A DNA stretch of 64,000 nucleotides from an uncultured Chloroflexia bacterium (GTDB lineage: Bacteria; Chloroflexota; Limnocylindria; Limnocylindrales; CSP1-4): assembly GCA_963833225.1 (NCBI GenBank), contig CAWHXD010000005.1, forward strand, positions 96,001 through 160,000. Reading direction: 5' to 3'. This document shows positions 60,732 through 64,000 of this stretch, in pieces (within the stretch, counting starts at the first letter, position 1; the number at the start of each line of letters is the position of its first letter). A program made the position numbers and the translations under genes. The notes under the pieces were generated by a model. It was not told the DNA's origin. It did not search any database and saw only the letters and a list, made by a program, of their open reading frames with translations.

Positions 60732-61946
60732 ATGGACCAGATCACCGTGTACGGGGCGCCGTGGTGCCCCGACTGCCGCCGCTCCAAGGCGTTCCTGATG
60801 GAGCAGCGCATCCCCTTCGCCTGGATCGACATCGATGCCGACGCGGACGGGCTGCGCTTCGTGGAAGACCTCCAGCATGGTGGCCGGACGATCCCGACCA
60901 TCCTGTTCCCCGACGGCAGCCACCTGCTCGAGCCGTCCAACGTCGAGCTGGCCGAGAAGCTTGGCCTCCAGCTGCGCGCCGGCCGCATGATCTACGACGT
61001 GCTGATCCTCGGCGGCGGCCCCGCCGGTCTCTCGGCGGCGATCTACGCGGCCCGGGAGGGCCTGGACGCCCTCGTCATCGAGCGGGGTGCCCTGGGTGGG
61101 CAGGCCGGCACGACCGACCGGATCGACAACTACCCGGGCTTCCCCGAGGGGATCGGCGGGGCGGAGCTGGCCGACCGCCTGGTTGCCCACGCACGCCGCT
61201 ACGGCGTGGAGCTCCTGTCCGCCGTCGAGGTCATCGGCATCACCCGCGAGCCCGACTGCGTCATGGTCACCACCACGACCGGCGACATGTACGGGGCGGA
61301 CGCGGTGATCATCGCCACGGGATCACAGTACCGGCGGCTCGGTTTGCCCGGCGAGGCGGGGCTCATCGGCCTGGGCGTCCACTACTGCGCGACCTGCGAC
61401 GGCCCGTTCTACCGCGGCGCAAAGGAGCTGGTCGTGATCGGCGGTGGCAACTCCGCGCTCGAGGAGGCGCTGTTCCTGGCGACGATTGCCGACAAGGTCA
61501 CGATCCTGACCCGGGGGGAGCTGCGTGCGAGCGACCTCGTCCAGGAGAGTGTTCGCTCCAACCCGAGGATCGAGATCCATACGGGGATGGACATCGTCGA
61601 CTTCGAGCGGCGCGACGGGCGCCTGGGCGCGGTGCTGACCCGGGACCGGGCTTCCGGTGAGAACCGGCGGTTCGAGCCCGAAGCGGCGTTCGTGTTCGTT
61701 GGCCTGGACCCGAACACCGGGTTCCTGCGCGGCGTCGTCGACCTCGACGATGCCGGCTTCATCGTGGCCCACGACGGCTACACGACTTCCCTGGACGGCG
61801 TGTTCGCGGCCGGCGACGTTCGCTCGGGTGCGACCAAGCAGGTCGGCAGTGCCGCGGGTGAGGGCATCGCCGCGCTGCTCTCGGTCCGTCGAGCCCTCGA
61901 GCAGCGCCACCTCAAGGCCGCGAACGTTGCCGACGAGCTCGGGTAG
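60732..61946 (+). CDS. Glutaredoxin-like domain fused to thioredoxin reductase
   Basis: N-terminal WCPDC..IPT; GGGPAG, NYPGF, CATCDG, GGGNSA, GVFAAGDV. Confidence 0.9.
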   Translation: MDQITVYGAPWCPDCRRSKAFLMEQRIPFAWIDIDADADGLRFVEDLQHGGRTIPTILFPDGSHLLEPSNVELAEKLGLQLRAGRMIYDVLILGGGPAGLSAAIYAAREGLDALVIERGALGGQAGTTDRIDNYPGFPEGIGGAELADRLVAHARRYGVELLSAVEVIGITREPDCVMVTTTTGDMYGADAVIIATGSQYRRLGLPGEAGLIGLGVHYCATCDGPFYRGAKELVVIGGGNSALEEALFLATIADKVTILTRGELRASDLVQESVRSNPRIEIHTGMDIVDFERRDGRLGAVLTRDRASGENRRFEPEAAFVFVGLDPNTGFLRGVVDLDDAGFIVAHDGYTTSLDGVFAAGDVRSGATKQVGSAAGEGIAALLSVRRALEQRHLKAANVADELG

Positions 61947-62121
61947 CGAGGCGCCCGACTCGGGGTCCGATCACCGCTGGGGCCTGCCCGTGGGAGTCGC
62001 GGGCGATCCGGCCCGTTCTGCCGCCCCGCAGCGGACCTTGGGACTTTCGTAGGGGAGAAATCGCCAGCCCCGCCGGTAGTGTGGTGAGAGCGCCCCAAGT
62101 CCCGGAGGACTGTCCACAAGC

Positions 62122-63957
62122 ATGCTGGGTTCCACCAGGCGGATCCGGCGGCCCGTCCTGCTGTTGCTCGTGTTCGGCATGTTCCTCGTGATCGTCGGCA
62201 TCACGGCAACAGCGCAGACGGTGATCGTCACCGCGAACGTGTCATCGGCCACCCTCAACGCGGTGGTCCAGTCCGACGCGGCTACGATCCGCACGTTCGC
62301 GAACCTTGTCCTCGAGGCCGGGGACCTGGACCCGGTCTCGCTCAGCGGCGCTCGCCGGGAAGAGGTCCAGCGTCGTCTCGAGACGCTCACCCACAGCGGG
62401 GAGATCCTCCATCTCGAGGTCAGGCTGCCCGACGGGCTCGTGATCCTCTCCGACGATCCGGCATCGGTCGGATGGACGGCGGCGCACACTCCCGACTTCG
62501 ACCACGCCGCATCGGGGACACCCGTGCCGGCGATCGTGACCCCGGACGATACCGAGGCAGCGGGGACCGGGTTCCAGACCTCCAGCATCCTGCGCGAGTA
62601 CTTCCCGATCCGCACGGATCGCACGGGGGACAGCGTGATCGCGGTGGTCGGCATCTGGCGCGACGGCGTTCCCATCCTCGGCCAGGTGGACGCGGCCAGG
62701 CGGGACGTCGTGCTGGCCACGGTGAGCGCGGCCCTGATCGCCGCCTTCGCCCTGTTCCTGGTGTTCCGCGCCAGCCAGGGCCGGATCACCCGTCAGGCCG
62801 AGCTGCTCATCGAGGCCGAGCGTCGCGACCCCCTGACTGGCACGCTCAATCACGGCTCGCTTGTCGGCCTGCTCGCTGAACACGTCGAGGCCGCCCGCAC
62901 CGCGGACGCAGAGATCGCGATTGCGATGATCGACATCGACAACTTCCGCCTGCTCAACGACACGCACGGCCACCCGGCCGGCGACCGCGCCCTGCTCCTC
63001 GTGGCGGAGCAGCTGGCGCCCGTCCTCCCCGCGGCGGCATCGTTCGGTCGCTATGGGCCGGACGAGTTCCTGGTGATCAGCCCGGAGACCGGCACGGGCG
63101 GACTGCTCCCGGCGATCGAGATCCTGAGGGCGGCGCTCTCGGGCGCGTCGCTCCAGTTCGGCGATTCGGATCCCCTGCCGATCACGATCAGCGCCGGCCT
63201 GGCCGCGTTCCCCCAGGACGGAGCGTCGGTCAACTCGCTGCTGGCCAGCGCGTCGGTCACCCTGCAGGAGGCCCGGGTGGGCGGCGGCAACGCGATCCGG
63301 GTCGCGGACGCGGGATCAGAGGCGGCACCGGAGACCCGGACCTTCGACGTGTTCCAGGGCCTGATCCTCGCGGTAGACGCCAAAGACCGCTACACCAAGC
63401 GCCACTCGGAGGACGTGTCCCGGTTTGCGGTGTTCCTCGCCGAGCGGCTCGGCCTGGATCCCGAGACGATCGCGACGATCCGCGTGGCGGGCCTGCTCCA
63501 CGACGTCGGCAAGATCGGGATTCCGGACTCGATCCTGCGCCGCCCCGGCCGCTTGAGCGATGGCGAGATGGAGGTGGTCAAGCAGCATGTTGCCCTGGGC
63601 GACATGATCCTCCGGGACCTGCCGGATATCGAGACCATCCGGGCGGGCGTGCGTCATCACCACGAGCGATGGGACGGCCATGGCTACCTGGCCGGGCTTG
63701 CCGGCGAGGAGATCCCGCTCATCGCCCGCATCCTTGCCGTCGGAGACGCGTTCTCGGCGATGACGACGACCCGGCCCTACCGCAAGGCCCTCGACGTCCG
63801 CGAAGCCCTGATCCGGCTCGCCGACGCGGCCGGCACCCAGCTGGACGAGGACCTGGTCGCGACGTTCGTCGGCGGGATCGAGCATGACCCGAATGCGCCA
63901 CTGCCCGGGACCGACGGGCTGCACCGACTGTGGACTCCCTACACGCGAGTGGCCTGA
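62122..63957 (+). CDS. Membrane sensor with GGDEF and HD-GYP domains
   Basis: Two TMs; DPLTG, DIDNF..NDTHGH..GD, RYGPDEF; HSEDV, LHDVGK, HHERWDGHGYL. Confidence 0.92.
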   Translation: MLGSTRRIRRPVLLLLVFGMFLVIVGITATAQTVIVTANVSSATLNAVVQSDAATIRTFANLVLEAGDLDPVSLSGARREEVQRRLETLTHSGEILHLEVRLPDGLVILSDDPASVGWTAAHTPDFDHAASGTPVPAIVTPDDTEAAGTGFQTSSILREYFPIRTDRTGDSVIAVVGIWRDGVPILGQVDAARRDVVLATVSAALIAAFALFLVFRASQGRITRQAELLIEAERRDPLTGTLNHGSLVGLLAEHVEAARTADAEIAIAMIDIDNFRLLNDTHGHPAGDRALLLVAEQLAPVLPAAASFGRYGPDEFLVISPETGTGGLLPAIEILRAALSGASLQFGDSDPLPITISAGLAAFPQDGASVNSLLASASVTLQEARVGGGNAIRVADAGSEAAPETRTFDVFQGLILAVDAKDRYTKRHSEDVSRFAVFLAERLGLDPETIATIRVAGLLHDVGKIGIPDSILRRPGRLSDGEMEVVKQHVALGDMILRDLPDIETIRAGVRHHHERWDGHGYLAGLAGEEIPLIARILAVGDAFSAMTTTRPYRKALDVREALIRLADAAGTQLDEDLVATFVGGIEHDPNAPLPGTDGLHRLWTPYTRVA

Positions 63958-64000
63958 TGACCGGTGGAGCTCGGTGGTGGGGCCGTCGTCGGATTGCCCT

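Overview
A very GC-rich bacterial chromosomal segment made mostly of housekeeping and cell-envelope genes. The gene content suggests a monoderm Chloroflexota, possibly Limnocylindria-like; this is inference, not a database result. In order it carries: the end of a maltodextrin locus (MalF/MalG permeases, two divergent GH13 enzymes), tRNA-Glu(TTC), a MerR/excisionase-type regulator coupled to an uncharacterised multi-TM protein, galU, a PASTA Ser/Thr kinase, folC-folP-folB, a response regulator/kinase/HtrA operon, rplY, USP-malic enzyme, LigC plus Prim-Pol, two tandem double-domain lipoproteins, a GbsR/MarR-type regulator with a clear operator, a LarA-like protein, a PrsW protease with an SH3-like tail, PPK2, a type IV pilus cluster (MshEN-PilB, PilC, PilT, pilins, short prepilin peptidase), a glutaredoxin-TrxR fusion and a GGDEF/HD-GYP protein. 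I saw no CRISPR array, integrase, transposase or prophage. Frameshifts cluster in patches and look like long-read indel errors. The most notable observations are: (1) a pervasive leaderless-mRNA signature, with a -10 hexamer 6-9 nt before at least 16 start codons; (2) a duplicated uncharacterised membrane protein, each copy directly upstream of an alpha/beta hydrolase and one copy coupled to a HTH-sensor regulator; (3) a probable c-di-GMP-gated pilus locus with a pseudo-receiver gene sharing a bidirectional promoter with pilT; (4) tandem LppX/LolA-like lipoproteins; (5) three orphan Cys-rich small proteins.
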